From the NCBI RefSeq assembly GCF_035084215.1, contig NC_090354.1:19034001-19098000 (forward strand): DNA of 64,000 nucleotides, given 5' to 3'. The position numbers and the translations under genes were made by a program. The notes below the pieces were generated by a model. The model did no database searches. It saw only the letters and a list, made by a program, of their open reading frames with translations, and was not told where the DNA came from. Shown here piece after piece: positions 26,036 to 39,252 of this stretch (position 1 is its first letter; each line of letters opens with the position of its first letter). The stretch comes from Heptranchias perlo. Taxonomy: Eukaryota.

Positions 26036-26609
26036 TATTGTAATTTAACATCATGGCTATCTTAAAGGAGCACTGGCTTGAGTTGGCATTTGTTTACAGA
26101 CAATTTTTACATGAAGTTGATGCCTCTTTAAATATTGGCTGCAGCAGATATTTGAAGTCAGGCACAGTCATGCCTTTCTGGTAGTGTGTGAATGTTGATT
26201 TACCCAAAGTCTACATTATCCTGTCCTGCAGGCGAATTCAGTACAATTGTCTCTGGCAGAACGCTGATGTAGCTGTTTGAATGATTGAAATAATTCCAAT
26301 CCCTCACAGAAAACGCAATGCACAAGACAAAACTTCCTCTCCTTCACAAACCCTCAGGAACTTACGTTGTAAGATATTGTTCAAATTAGTATGTGGGCAG
26401 CCTGGGTAATTAGATGGCCTTTTTTAAAATCGCAATAAAAAGCTGTTTTACTCTGCTGCCTTATTTCGATTGGGGCCTGTGTTGGGATTGGTCACTACCT
26501 TTTATTCAAAAATGATATATGCCAAGAAAAAATAATGGGAAGCCTTCACACCAACAATAGTCGCCATAAATTTGACAGCAAATCTACTGAAATTCTTTGC
26601 TGAGGTAAT

Positions 26610-26990
26610 TAGTATGGCTGCTGAGCACATGCTAGTGGATCTAAACTATTTGAATTTTCAGAAAGTATTTGATAAAGTTTCATATATGAGGCTTTTAAGA
26701 AGATTAATGCACAGTGAGTTAAAAGAATATTAGCTAATTGGATTGAAAGCTGGCTATTAATACAAGCAGAAGTGCCTGGGGCAGTGACTTGTACAAGTCC
26801 ACAGGGATCTGTTTCGGGTCCCTTGCTGTTAACGCTATTCATAAATGATATACATAATATTATTAAAATTGCTGATAACACAAAGATGTGCAGCCAGGTG
26901 ATGAGTGTAAGAGTGATTGATGGTGTTGAAAGGGATCTGAATAAATTAACTGGATAAGCTGAGGAATGGCATAAGTGGCAAAGGTGGAAA
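26610..26990 (+). mobile_element. Highly degraded CR1-type RT fragment
   Basis: PQGSVSGPLLLTLFINDI..IADNTK..DLNKL in ORF 26772-26957. Confidence 0.75.
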
Positions 26991-27149
26991 GAAAGGATTT
27001 GGGTACGATTACTCGTCATTCACTGAAAGTATTCAATCAATGTAAGATTGCTGTCATCTGGATGCATCTCAAGGACATTTGATTGAAAAGTAGACTGAAA
27101 TATTTCAATAGATTATTTTAATTTGCTTAACTCATTAGTGAGATTGGTT

Positions 27150-27918
27150 TATATTGGAATTTGCTGCAAAAATAACAGAGAGCCAAACAGCACTCACCAT
27201 TATGTCAGGGCAAACGGAAGAGCAACTTCCGGTGAGCGTGCATGTGCACTCAAACATACAAATCCAGAAAGTTGCTTTAAGGGATTCCCTGCTTGTTTGA
27301 AAGCTGCGCGGGAAGGACAGCTCTCTGGTTGAATGAATGGACCAGTGCGAAGTTGCTGTACTACCCAGCTGGAAACAAACTAATCTCTCTATGTAAAGGT
27401 GCGCTGGGTTTTTTGGGTCTAAACTAACTTTTAACGGCATGGTAAGTCTTAATGACTGCCAATCAACCTCTCTGGCACCAAAAATTAACTTTTAAAAATC
27501 TGGAGTCTCATTACTTTCAATTTTAATTGTTGTTGGACATTTATATTTTTAAAAATGTTGATTTTTTAAAACTTTTTCTTTGTCTCTTTTATCTCTGTCT
27601 TTTAATTCAATATTTCTTGCCCTCTCTTTATTTCACTTTCTCTAACTGATTTTACATTGAATTTACTGTTGTAGCTTTCAATTCCTGGTTCTGACTGCGC
27701 GGCGTGTCAAGCATGCTTCAAGTTGATGGGTTGAGGGGAGAGAGTGATCCTTTCCCCGCTGTCACAGCTCAGAGAAGCCCGGGAAAGGACACTGCACTTT
27801 TTGCAGCTCCCCATTGAAGCAAGTTGCCACCCAAAAGCCCACTAAAAGTTTGTGGGCAAGTTTAGAACTAATGGGTGGCGGGCGACGTTCATTTGTCGCT
27901 CAGCGCAATTTCCGGACC
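27150..27918. mobile_element. MITE-like element with GC-richer arms and an AT-rich centre
   Basis: Imperfect termini ggaatttgc / gcaatttcc. Architecture resembles 41041-41776. Confidence 0.45.
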
Positions 27919-28279
27919 AATGTGGTGTTGATTGGGTGAAAGTCGAGGAATATGAGGTTGGGAACACCTCCTCTTGCCTCATTAATATAAATATGCTGGG
28001 CCTGACCTCCTACAGTCCCAGGCTCAGTTATGCATCTTGGTGAAGTCCCAGGAAATCCTGGCGAGATGAAAAGGATAGGAGACCTGACATAATACGGTCT
28101 TCGTTTCTTTTTCCCTGTTTTGCACCTGGGGTACGGTGACTCCCCAGGGGAAAACCTCCACATGGCATTGTGTTTCAGAGTATGATTGTGAGACAGTGAG
28201 TGAGTGGTGTGAGAAGAACATGAGAAGGTGGTCTTCATCCTGAACGAGGGGAAAACTTCTACCTTTAACCTCCCCTCTA

Positions 28280-28895
28280 TACCCAATGATCTGCAGGGTT
28301 GCATCTTCAAATGCAGTCAAAGGCTTGATGTTTTGTGGCCTTTTGAAGGCCACATTTGCTGTTTTCTGTTCTGCATTGCCTTGGCCCTCATGAGTTGAAA
28401 GGTTAGAAATGTTAACAGCACATATAGTGATATCTGAGTGGTCTTGCTGCAACCCATCATGGGTGTTATTTCATGTACGTGCATCTTACAGATTGAAGGA
28501 TTTTTGCAATGAAGCCCTTTAAAGATGTGGAAATGAGAAGAGTTACAGGTATAAGTTGCTGTTGCAAATTATGCCCTGCTGCAGAACAGGCATGCATGGT
28601 AAGTATTCAGTGGACTATAAGATAGTGTGAGGAGGAGGAGGAAACTATCAATTAATTAGTATAAAGTAATGGTGTGTACTCCTACCTTAGTGCATCTGGT
28701 GACTTGTCTGGACTTTTTCCATCCTGCAGCCAAGGGTGGTTGAGACTGCATCGACATGCAATCTGTGCAACACACCTATACCTATGTAGACGGTGCCATA
28801 CAGAACAAGACAACCCTCCTGTGTTACACCTCATCAAGTAGCATCTCTAGAGGTGCATCAGTGAACCGTACTGCTGCGCAAGGCCTCTATTTCAT
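28280..28895 (-). pseudogene. Harbinger-associated Myb/SANT-like DNA-binding protein relic with an apparent intron
   Basis: Manual translation: AVRFTDAPLEMLLDEV*HRRVVLF, AQIA, WLQ..KK..VTRCTK then a gtagg donor; downstream KAMQNRKQQ and KPLTAFEDATLQIIG. This fits Myb_DNA-bind_5-type Harbinger partner proteins. Confidence 0.6.
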
Positions 28896-29823
28896 TTTCC
28901 TAATTGCACATAAATTTGTTCCTTCAAAAACTGCTCCTGCAGGTCTTAAAATCTCTGCAGCAACACTGAATTATGCCCCCAAGTAGCTCCCAATGCCAGG
29001 TGTTCGGTATAAATATTTAAAATAGGCCTGACCTCAGGATCAGGCATCCTGCATTCTGGTGGTGGCAAATCACACTTTGCTCCATTCCCTCTCACTGCAC
29101 AAACATCACTGAGAATTCACAGCATAATGAAATTTCCACAGGATGCTTGAGAATAATCTTAGAAACATTAACGTATCCTATGAGGTGACAGACTATTAAA
29201 CAAGTGTTTTTGCCCAACTAGATAAGTGACTTCCATTGAAAATATCCCCTTACACCTGGCATTGTATTGTTTCAATACTCTTCTTTGTTATTACCTGCCT
29301 CCACCAGATCTTTCCTTCCAAAACATTTTCAGGATTATATAAATATAAAAAGAATATATATATTATATATCATATAGACACACACTCCACATAACAAAGC
29401 ATTGTCTTCTGTGCTCCTACATCAGTCCTGTTCTTTCTCCTGTTATTCTTATTGTAAATATGTGTATCAATTTGTCCTCTTTTGCTCCTGTGTTTTCTGC
29501 TCTGATGCCTTATGCAGCCTGTCTGCTGCTCTTTTCCCTTTCTTTCCATTTTCTCCTTTTAATTACTTTACTTTGGATAGAAAAGTTACCCGACAGAAAG
29601 GCAGACTGAGATGGACTAAGCAGCAGAGAGATAAAGAGAGGTAGATTAATGGATGTGCAATAAGTAGAAGAATGAATGAATTATTGGAAACAACAAAGAA
29701 GATGAGGAACATTGAGGGTTGAGAAAAAAGCTAGACACCTGGGAATAAGATGTGAACGTCTCCAGACTGCGCTGAGTAGATGTTGCCTCCTAGCACTAAG
29801 ACCAATGCTAACATTTGACATAT

Positions 29824-30117
29824 CTTCAAAGATTTGAGGGCAATGTATTTGAAGCTCCTATAGGTAGGAGTTGCCCCATTCGGTGAAAAGCCAAAGTGTT
29901 CTTTTTAGACTGATATTAATTCAAATGGGGTCTGATATCTGGGATGAAAACAAGTGAATAATTCTGTTATAATACAAAAGGCTCCTGCCATTCCATCCAA
30001 GATGTCAGACCCCATTTGAATTAATGTCAGTCTCCAAAGAACACTTTGGCTATTTCACTGAATGGGGCAACTGCCACATATTGGAGCTTAAATAACATTG
30101 TCCTCAAGTCTTTGAAG
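29824..30117. repeat. Imperfect inverted repeat (arms about 125 bp, loop about 45 bp)
   Basis: gttgccccattcggtgaaaagccaaagtgttc..attaattcaaatggggtctgatatct pairs with agatgtcagaccccatttgaattaat..gaacactttggctatttcactgaatggggcaac. Confidence 0.9.
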
Positions 30118-31889
30118 GAGAAAAATAAGAAAAGAGGAGACAGCATATTAACAAAGTGATTTATTGCTATTTCTGAAGTTTGCACCCATGAGGTAGTGGT
30201 CGGTGTCAAACAGATATTCTTTGATGCTGGCTCGGAGCATAAGAGAGTCGTATCCTGTATTGTAGGCTCAGTAATTCAACCAGGCAATGTCTTTGTAGCA
30301 GATAAAGTTAAAATGCAAAGACCCCACTGGAAGGTATATATTGTAATACAGGATTCTTTTTCAAAGATTGCCGTATAAAATATTGGATAGAAATGATTTT
30401 GGAACATGATTATACCGCCTACACGTACATTCATATCCAAAGGAGAAGGATGCAAGACCAGCCACACAGGTGGGACAGTGATGTATTGCTTGTACAGGGC
30501 TGGGAAGATTACCTGAGATTTCACTGTGCAAAGAAAAATAATGAAATCAGGGCTTTGTGCTTATCACTCCAGACACATTGCCCCCCTGCAATCTCAACAG
30601 CTCAAAGGACAAATTTCAAGCCCAAACTGATGGCAAATCCATGATCATTTTTGCAAAACTAAAACTGACGATGAATCCCCTGGACACACTGAGAGATCGA
30701 CAGTTTCCAATTAAAGGATTTGATGCTGCCAAGGATACAATAACTTGCGATTCATTTTCTCTCCCCAGGTAACCATGATAACTATTAGATGGAAGAAGTA
30801 CAGGCTGTGCCGAGAAAGCCTCAGAATTCATCGCTTTTACATGTTTTGACATATACACATATTTGTTATTACATTTGTGGCATTTTCTCCATGACGAGCA
30901 TCATGCAGAAATAAATTTGTATACCCCACTGCACTTGGACCCATGATGACTCAGGAAAAATGTGCTAGGCAGCAGACAGCACTTATTAGGATTTAGCCCG
31001 ATGCAAGATGTCAGCCTTTATTGAGCTGTCTATCCTAATAAACAATATCCACCGACTCTCTTGTAAAATATTACCTTGGAGTATTAACTCCTTGCTCCCA
31101 TAAGTAAAAAGAAATCAGATTTCAGTGAAGCAAGGGGACTTTTAGAGGACAAAGTACGAGATGGAACAAAATTTGTCAAGGAATTAAGTCGAATAATTTA
31201 AAATTTCCCCAAGATTGAGACAATGGCTGTCTCTTCCTCACTGGGGCTCGGTATTTATATCCATTATGAACAGCCATGTTCACATACATCTATACAAACT
31301 CAGCCTCAGCACGGTTGATTCCTCTGGTGGTGGGTATTCTGCCCTGTATGCAAGTGCTAATATTGTTTTTCCGTAGCACACAATTTTCTCATGTCTGTTT
31401 GCTTAAAATCATTGCACATGATTGTTTTTGTGTCTTGTGGAGATTTAATGGAGTCTCTGGCCAGTCTTCCCACTTAGTGCTATTTCCCTTCTAATTTCGT
31501 ACATGCTGATAAAACCCATCTGAATCAGTTCAGAAGTGGCTGGTGTAGAGGAAGAGAGTGGAGCATAATGTGCACTCGTTGTGGTAAATGATTGAATTAG
31601 ATCACTGAGTTTTACTAATTCTATACTGAACTGACTTGACAAAAGCACTCAAGACTAAAAGGATCATTTGATGAAATGGAACTCCTCCAACTGATTACGG
31701 CTGGTAAAGAAAGCAGGGGTGACATTTTAGGGATGACGGAAGAAGAACAGTATTATTTGTGTGGTTGTTGAGATTTAAAATATGGCATTGTTTTTACGTT
31801 ATTTTACATGATGCCAAAGCCAATAATGTCAGTTGTACCTGTCTGAAGATTAAACTCAGTTGAGTAATCCTGTCAAGTTTTTTATACTT

Positions 31890-33292
31890 AACATAAGAAA
31901 TAGGAGCAGGAGTAGGCCATACGGACCCTCGATCCTGCTCCGCCATTCAATAAGATCATGGCTGACCTTCTACCTCAACTCTACTTTCCCACCCTATCCC
32001 CATATCCCTTGATTCCCTTAGTCCAAATATCCATCGATCTCAATCTTGAATATACTCAATGACTCAGCATTCACAGCCCTCTGGGGTAGAGAATTCCAAA
32101 GATTCAAAACCCCCTAAGTAAGGAAATTTTTCCTCATCTCGGTCCTAAATGGCTGACCCCTTATCTTGAGTGTATGACCTCTAGTTCTAGTCTCTCCACC
32201 CAGGGGAAACAGCCTCTCGACAACCTACCCTGTCAAGACCTCTAGGAATTTTATACATTTCAACGAGATCACCTCTCATTCTTCTAAACTCCAGAGAATA
32301 TAGGCCCATTCTATTCAATCTCTCCTCATAGGACAACCCTCTCATCCCAAGAATTAATCTAGTGAACCTTCGTTGCACCCCCTCTAAGGCAAGTATATAC
32401 TTCCTTAGGTAAGGAGGCCAAAACTGTACACAGTACACCAGGTGTGGTCTCACCAGAGCCCTATATAAATGCAGCAAGACCTCCTTACTCTTGCACTCCA
32501 ATCCCTTTGCAATAAAGGGCAATATACCACTTGCCTTCCTAATTGTTTGCTGTATCTGCATGTTAACTTTCCATGATTCATGTACAAGGACACCCAAATC
32601 CTTCTGAATACAAACATTTCTTAGTCTCTCACCTTATAAAAAAAATTTCTGCTTTTATAATCTTCCTACCAAAATGGATAATTTCACATTTCTCCACATT
32701 ATACTCCATCTGCTTCCTTTTCGCCCACTCACTTAACCCGTCGATATCCCTTTGCAGCCTCTTTGTGTTCTCCTCACAGCTTACTTTCCCACCTAGCTTT
32801 GAATTGTCAGCAAACTTGGATACATTTCACTCAGTCCCTTCATCTAAGTCATTGATATAAATTGTAAGCAGCTGAGGCCCAAGCACTGATCTTTGCGGCA
32901 CTCCACTAGTTACAACCTGCCAACCTGAAAATCACCTGTTTATTCCTACTCTCTGTTTTCTGTCCATTAACCAATCCTCAATCCCCGCTAATATATTACC
33001 CCCAATCCCATGAGTCCTAATCTTGTGTAACAACCTCTTGTGTGGCACTTTATCGAATGCCTTTTGAAAATCCAAATATGCTACATCCACTGGTTCCCCT
33101 TTATCTACCCTGCTAGTGACACCCTCAAAAAACTCTAATAGATTTGTCAAACATGATTTCCCTTTCATAAAACTGTGTTGACTCTGCCTAATCATATTAT
33201 GATTTTCTAAGTGCCCTATTACTACATTCTTAATAATAGATTCTAGCATTTTCCCTACTACTGATGTCAGGCTAACTGGCCTATAGTTTAAC
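31890..33292 (-). mobile_element. 5'-truncated CR1 LINE
   Basis: ORFs 32932-33294 and 32187-32597 encode CR1 RT (NYRPVSLTSVVGK, DFQKAFDKVPH, LYRALVRPHL). aacataag tail. Confidence 0.95.
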
Positions 33293-34521
33293 AACTTGAC
33301 CTGCTGTGGGACTGCTCACAGGAAGTTAAAGGATATGGATTTTCTTAGAAAGTGGATGTTCTGTGGCTTTGCTTACAGTGAGTTGGAGTATTTGATGAGA
33401 TGTAAAACAAATTATATTATAAGGGCACTGCTTTATGATGACTGAATAAATAAAATTGCATTTTGATCCCCTAGTGTTGTGGTAATGTTAATGGCATTTT
33501 GCAATTATTTATATGCTTACATGGAAATTGTATATTAATGACTTTGATTATGAAATGTTCCTTCATCTTTGTATTGAATTTTACATCTCTTATGTTTTTT
33601 AGAGCCCAAGAAAAACAGCAAGATAGTACGAAAGATATTTGAGGTTGCAGGTAGGTAGGAGGTGTACAGCAGCAGTGGGAAGTGGGGACATAGTTGTGAC
33701 ATCAGTGAAGGGTCCTGGGCTTAGGCCATACTGGGGAATTATGTGGATTATGGGAGAACTGGGATGGGGTGATGGAGTATGGCAATACAAGGACGCTGTA
33801 CAGAGGGCATCTGCTAGGGTTTGGGAGTATTGGGTGGAACATGTTAGGGTGTGACCAAAATGCAACACCAGGAAGTCAAGTGGTGCAGATAAGAAGCGCG
33901 CATGGACATAAGATTTTTAAGATATTCAGTAGGTCTCTCATCGCGGTGCTCATGGTGTCAGAGTATACACTAATATGTGATGTCTTGAGTTTGACAGCTA
34001 AAGTGTCACAGGAAGTATGTGATGTTTATAGAAGTGTGCACCATACACAAAAATGTAATATACTACCAATGGATCTCCTGTGGTGCTGCTTATAGTAAAT
34101 TGGAGGGAGTCACCTGTGTATTCCTTTATATCTGCTATGTGTCTGCGTCTCTGATCTATCGCTGCACTGATGTTTTTGTGATGTGTTCTGCTGCTGCCTA
34201 TCTGACATTCCTTTATCTCTCTTTTTTGAGGTGTCTCTGTTTCCTTGGTGTTTCTCTTTCCTTGAGTTGATCTGCCTCTCTCTGTCCTATCTCTTTCTCT
34301 CACTATTTCTTTCTGCCTGATCTGTTGCTGCTATTCATCTTTCCCTTGATCTTTATCGCTTATGTAATTTCATGCCCTATATTTATATTTGGATCATCTC
34401 TGGCATATTTTCCCATTTACTGGATGTGACTCTTGTAGCTCAGACTTGTCTCTCTCGTTGGTGATGTTTGTGGGGCTTTAACTGGGCAGTGTGGCTGAAC
34501 AAGAAAATAATATGAGACCCA

Positions 34522-35075
34522 GGCCTTGATTTTTTACTCCCGGGTGTGTAGGCCGCAGAGCGAGTGGCAGAAGGCAGGCTCAGCCAATTTTAATACCCGG
34601 GACTCATTTGTATGTCGCTTGCCGACTTCTTGACCAAAACTGACGGGAAGTTGGTGGGAAAGCAACCATTAAATTTGTGCCAGTCGGAGGCAGCCAATGG
34701 GGACCAGAGGAAACAGTCCCCAGCAGTAAGGTAAGTGGATAGGCAGGGGGGGGGGGGAAATGCCGGAGCATTGAAGGCCCAAGGTTTCCTTGTGGGGACT
34801 GGAGAAACACTCCTGCTCCTCCTGGCCCACAGGAAACTACAAAAAAACAACTTACCTCACTGGGCCTCTTCTGGCCCGAGCTGCTGTTTGGTATCATCAG
34901 AGCCCGATCTGCATATTTAAAGAGGACCCCGCCTGCTTGGGGCGTGTATCCTTGCTGCCTCCAATTTAAAATTGCAGTTGCCCAGATCAGTGAAGGAAAG
35001 GAGTGGGTAAGTCCCCCGCTCCATTTTAACTGCTGGATACCAGGCGGGGGGAGGGTGGATGTTAAAATCAAGGCC
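34522..35075. mobile_element. MITE with 12-bp terminal inverted repeats (Harbinger-like)
   Basis: ggccttgatttt (34522-34533) and aaaatcaaggcc (35064-35075). Non-coding, with an internal hairpin. Confidence 0.75.
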
Positions 35076-35899
35076 CCATAGCCAGTAGGGCCAATGAAGT
35101 GGGGTCAGAGGGAGTACAGTGGGTGGCAGCATTGGGTGGGTGGTGTATTTTGATAGTGGTGTGGGTAGCAGATGCCTAAAAGGCAGAGGAACAAGTGAGC
35201 GACTTTCTGAGAGCAGAGGGCAAGGCCTGAAGAGCCACAAAGTAGAGCCTGGAACAGGAGCGAGAAAGGATGAGAGAGGTGTAGACAGGGTGGGAGAGTA
35301 AAACCAGAAGAGGTTGTGCGAGCCAGGAATGGACCTCCAGGCTAGGAGAGACCAACTCCTGGCAAGAGGCTGAAATAAATCAAAATAAATATGTAAAGTT
35401 AAAAATTAAAAATTAAAAAGTTAAAAGCAAAATTTACATGCGAGAAACTGCCCAGCCAGACCTGAGCAGTTCATGCCAGAGCACCAGCAACGATGGACAG
35501 ACTGAGTAGCAGTGACACCTATTAAAAGTAATAGATGCAAGCATTGTTATCACTTCAGGCATTATCCAATGCCACAAAATGCAACTAAATCATGACAACA
35601 AGAAATAAGTGTGACAGGAAGTCTCAAGAATTTTAATATATTAGGTAAGATATAGATAGATTTGTCTTTTTAAAAAACATTAATAAAGATACACAGATAG
35701 ATTTATTGCATTGTTTCCATCGACCGGATGTAACCGATCTCACCAGAGGGCCTTAAATTAAAATGTAAAAATAAATTAGATGAAAGAATTGAAAATCATA
35801 GTGACATTTCTGAAGCATTTAATGTTTCTGCACTGCTCTTATGCTGCATATTTCCTGAAGAAATAAGTGATTTTAGAATATGATTCCATGGGTGTTGAC

Positions 35900-36170
35900 A
35901 ACTAACTGGTACCTCACGCAAATAGCCATTCTTCAGACACCAACCCAGACAGTGAATGTCAGCAGGCTATTTGATCATAGTCAGTCTGAGATCTACATGT
36001 GTGGGGATTTTAAAAAGGGGTAACTCGATAGGGTCAAGAATTATAATCCTGGCTGAGTTTTGCCTTCCCTTTCTAGTGAGACCAGATGAACGATTGCCAG
36101 ACTTTTGTCCAATTAATGCCAGGTAACTCAGGGTTGGAACCTGGAATTTCCTGAGGTATGTAGGTCAAGA
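35900..36170 (-). mobile_element. Old SINE-like repeat, same family as 21995 and 45135
   Basis: tacctca..aatagccattcttc..cccagacagtgaa and atcctggctga are complementary to parts of the 45135-45500 copy. Confidence 0.45.
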
Positions 36171-37949
36171 GAATACTGTGCAGTACTAGTCCCCTTTTGT
36201 CCACATATTAAGCTTCAACTGCCACTTTCAAAATCTTCACTATGATTAAAAACTCCCATTTCCCAAGATTCTACTTTTATTTCTATATTGGTGAGAGGGA
36301 ATATTTCTATTAAGGAAAGTGTGCTCCATTAGATACCAAATCTATAATATGCAGTTCAAATGAACCTGAATTTGGATTCTGCTCCTTTCCTCTAATGAAT
36401 AGGATTTCTCACTATATTAAAAAATATCTTACATTAAGGTAGAGAGCTAGCAGTTGAAATTGGCAACTTGCTTTGTAAGCATTCAAATTCATTTTGTGGT
36501 ATTACTAATGCATTTTCTTGTGTGAAATTATTGAGTGTTCACACAGATAATGTGAAATCTGACAGTGTATGGAATTTGCTGATGTCAATTTTTCAATGTG
36601 TGTCAGTTAATGTGCTCAATCAGAACAGATTTCCCCAAAGTCTCCTGCCCACTCCATTCCTGCGGAATGTCTGCCTGCTACCTCTAGAAGTGGCGTCTCC
36701 CAGGCACCCACTCTGCAGATGATGACACTGAGATAGTGCTGTAGGGGCTACAATTTCCAGCCCTTGCCCCAAGGCCGTGAAATGTCATTTCTATAAAATA
36801 TCAGCACCTCAGAGGGAGGGAGAAAATTCCATTCACAGAAATAGGCAATCGAGATGGGGAATTGATGGGGCTTTTTTGGGTAGTTTCATCAGCCCTGGAA
36901 AGTTGAGAGAATAAAAAAAAGCTTTCTGGGAAAAACTATATTCGGAATTTTGCAAATATTTTTTTTTTTAATTTAACTTACTAGGGATCTTTGTGAAAAG
37001 TAGGTCTTTACACTGAACCATTTCAGGGTGGAAATTAACAAGTAGAAACCCTTAAAAACAGACTAGCCAGACATCAGCTGGCTATTCCACAAGCATTGGT
37101 TTTACCTCAAAAATGGTAACAATAAGAATTGAGGGACGATTTTCTGAGGCTCCATTGGCAGCATAGAGCCTCTCTGGCTGGGACTGTAAGTCACAAAATC
37201 GGGCACACAGCTGGCAGCAAAGAAACAGTGGGTCAACTGGAGACTGGCACTGATGGGCAGCACAAGCCTCATTGCGGGTTTTAAAAGTATGGAAGTGGGT
37301 TTCTTGTAGCTTTCACCCTGGTAGTGCTGCCTGTCCATTTCAAATGGGTGCAGCAGTGGCTTGGCCTACACAAGTAGGCTTTTCAAAAGTATCACTCTTT
37401 ATGTTTTGGTTTGGAAGTAAAACGTTTTTGCTATCATACTGCTTCATTTGCAATTTTATTGGGGTGTTAATATCTGTTATTTGCTCTGATTTCCTTGTAT
37501 TGTAAGACTTTTATTTCCAAATTAATTCCTTACAAACTTCTTGCTTCCACTGTTATTTTGTTTGAAGCAATCAAAATAGCCAGGAGGGAAATTCTTTTGG
37601 GGGTTCCAGTAGCGATCTTAGATGTGGAAAAGAAAGTGCAGTTCTTGAGGGAATAGAAAGGCTGTTGTGACTGCGCCTCATGTGTTACGTATGCACCCGT
37701 CCTTACCCCAAGATGGACCCAGTCAGTCCTTTCTGGTCATGTCTTCGACACCTCCATTTTACAAGAAGTCCACATAGCTATATTATTTCTTGGAGACTGA
37801 CAAATATTTAAAATTCAGTTTGATGCTTAATGAAAGTTAAACAATAATTGCCCCCCTCCTGTGCAGCTAGTTATTTTTAAGCGTGCATGTCCCTGTGAAT
37901 TTAAACTGCTGGCCAGATGTTGCAGATCCATCATTAGGCTCCCTCAACC

Positions 37950-38313
37950 ACTGGCGCACTGTAGCTGCAGTGTGTACCATCTACAAAATGCACTGCAGCA
38001 ACTCGTCAAGGCTTCTTTGACACCGCCTCCACCACCTAGAAGGACAAGGGCAGCAGGCACATGGGAACACTACCACCTGCACAATCCCCTCCACGTCACA
38101 CAACATCCTGATTTGGAAATATATCGCCGTTCCTTCATCATCACTGGGTCAAAATCCTGGAACTCCCTACCTAACAGCACTGTGGGATATCCAACATGGA
38201 CTGCAGCGGTTCAAGAAGGCGGCTCACCACCTCCTTCTCAAGGACAATTAGGGATGGGCAATAAATGCCGGCCTTGCCAGCCACATCCACATCCCATGAA
38301 TGAATAAAAAAAA
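37950..38313 (+). mobile_element. 3' end of the 430-1416 LINE family, copy C
   Basis: ctgcagtgtgtaccatc..tcaaaatcctggaactccctacctaacagcactgtggg..cacatcccatgaatgaataaaaaaaa. Confidence 0.9.
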
Positions 38314-38530
38314 GGCTAACTGCTGGTGCAAGGCCAAAGCTGTGCTGGCAGCTTATGCTAATTATTCAAATAAGCTGGCAGCTAAATTGAGTACAGTCAC
38401 CCCAGTGCGCTGTGGACTAGCTTGGCCCAGGCAGCCAGCCATCCCAGGTATAGATTCTGTCCGTCTCACAAAACTGTGACTTTGAGACCAACTTGGACCC
38501 CTGATTATAGTGCAAATGGAGAATGGAACT

Positions 38531-39252
38531 TGAGTGAGTGAGTGAGTGAGTGGAGTGAGTGAGTGAGTGGGAGTGAGTGAGTGAGTGGGAGTGAGTGAGT
38601 GAGTGGGAGTGAGTGAGTGGGAGTGAGTGAGTGAGTGGGAGTGAGTGAGTGGGAGTGAGGTGTGTGAAGTGAGTGAGTGTGAGCATGAGTGGAGGTGAGT
38701 GAAGTGTGTGAGTGGAGGCAAGTGAGTGAGTGAGGTGAATGAGTGAGATGAGTGAGAGAGTGAGAGAGTGAGTGAGTGAGTGAGTGGAGGTGAGTAAATG
38801 AGACGAGTGAGTGAGTGAGACGAGTGAGTGAGTGAGGCGAGTGAGTGAATGGAAGTGAGTGAATGAAGTAAGTGAGTGGAGGTGAGTGAGTGAGTGAATG
38901 AGTGCGTGGAGGTGAGTGAGTGAGTGAATGAATGGAGATGAGTGAGTGGAGGTGAGTGGAAGCGAGCGAGTGAGTGAGTGGAAGCGAGTGAGTGAGTGGA
39001 AGCGAGTGAGTGAGTGGAAGCGAGTGAGTGAGTGAGCGAGGTGAGTGAGTGAGCGAGGTGAGTGAGTGAGCGAGGTGAGTGAGTGAGCGAGGTGAGTGAG
39101 TGGGTGAAGGTAGGTGAGTGAGGTGAGGTGAGTGATGAGTGGAGGTGAGTGAGTGAGCGAGGTGAGTGAGTGAGCGAGGTGAGTGAGTGAGCGAGGTGAG
39201 TGAGTGGGTGAAGGTAGGTGAGTGAGGTGAGGTGAGTGATGAGTGGAGGTGA
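38531..39252. repeat. Complex (GAGT)n microsatellite with higher-order variants
   Basis: About 720 bp of gagtgagt interspersed with gcgaggt and ggaagc variants. Confidence 0.95.

Noticed and set aside
30513-30523. Possible 11-nt minus-strand microexon (tttttctttgcacag|TGAAATCTCAG|gtaatc)
   Set aside because: It would shift the asic2 frame, and such motif pairs arise by chance in 64 kb. It needs RNA-seq junction evidence.
30196-30858. Cluster of short overlapping ORFs in unique-looking sequence
   Set aside because: No recognisable domain in the frames examined, and the lengths are within chance expectation.
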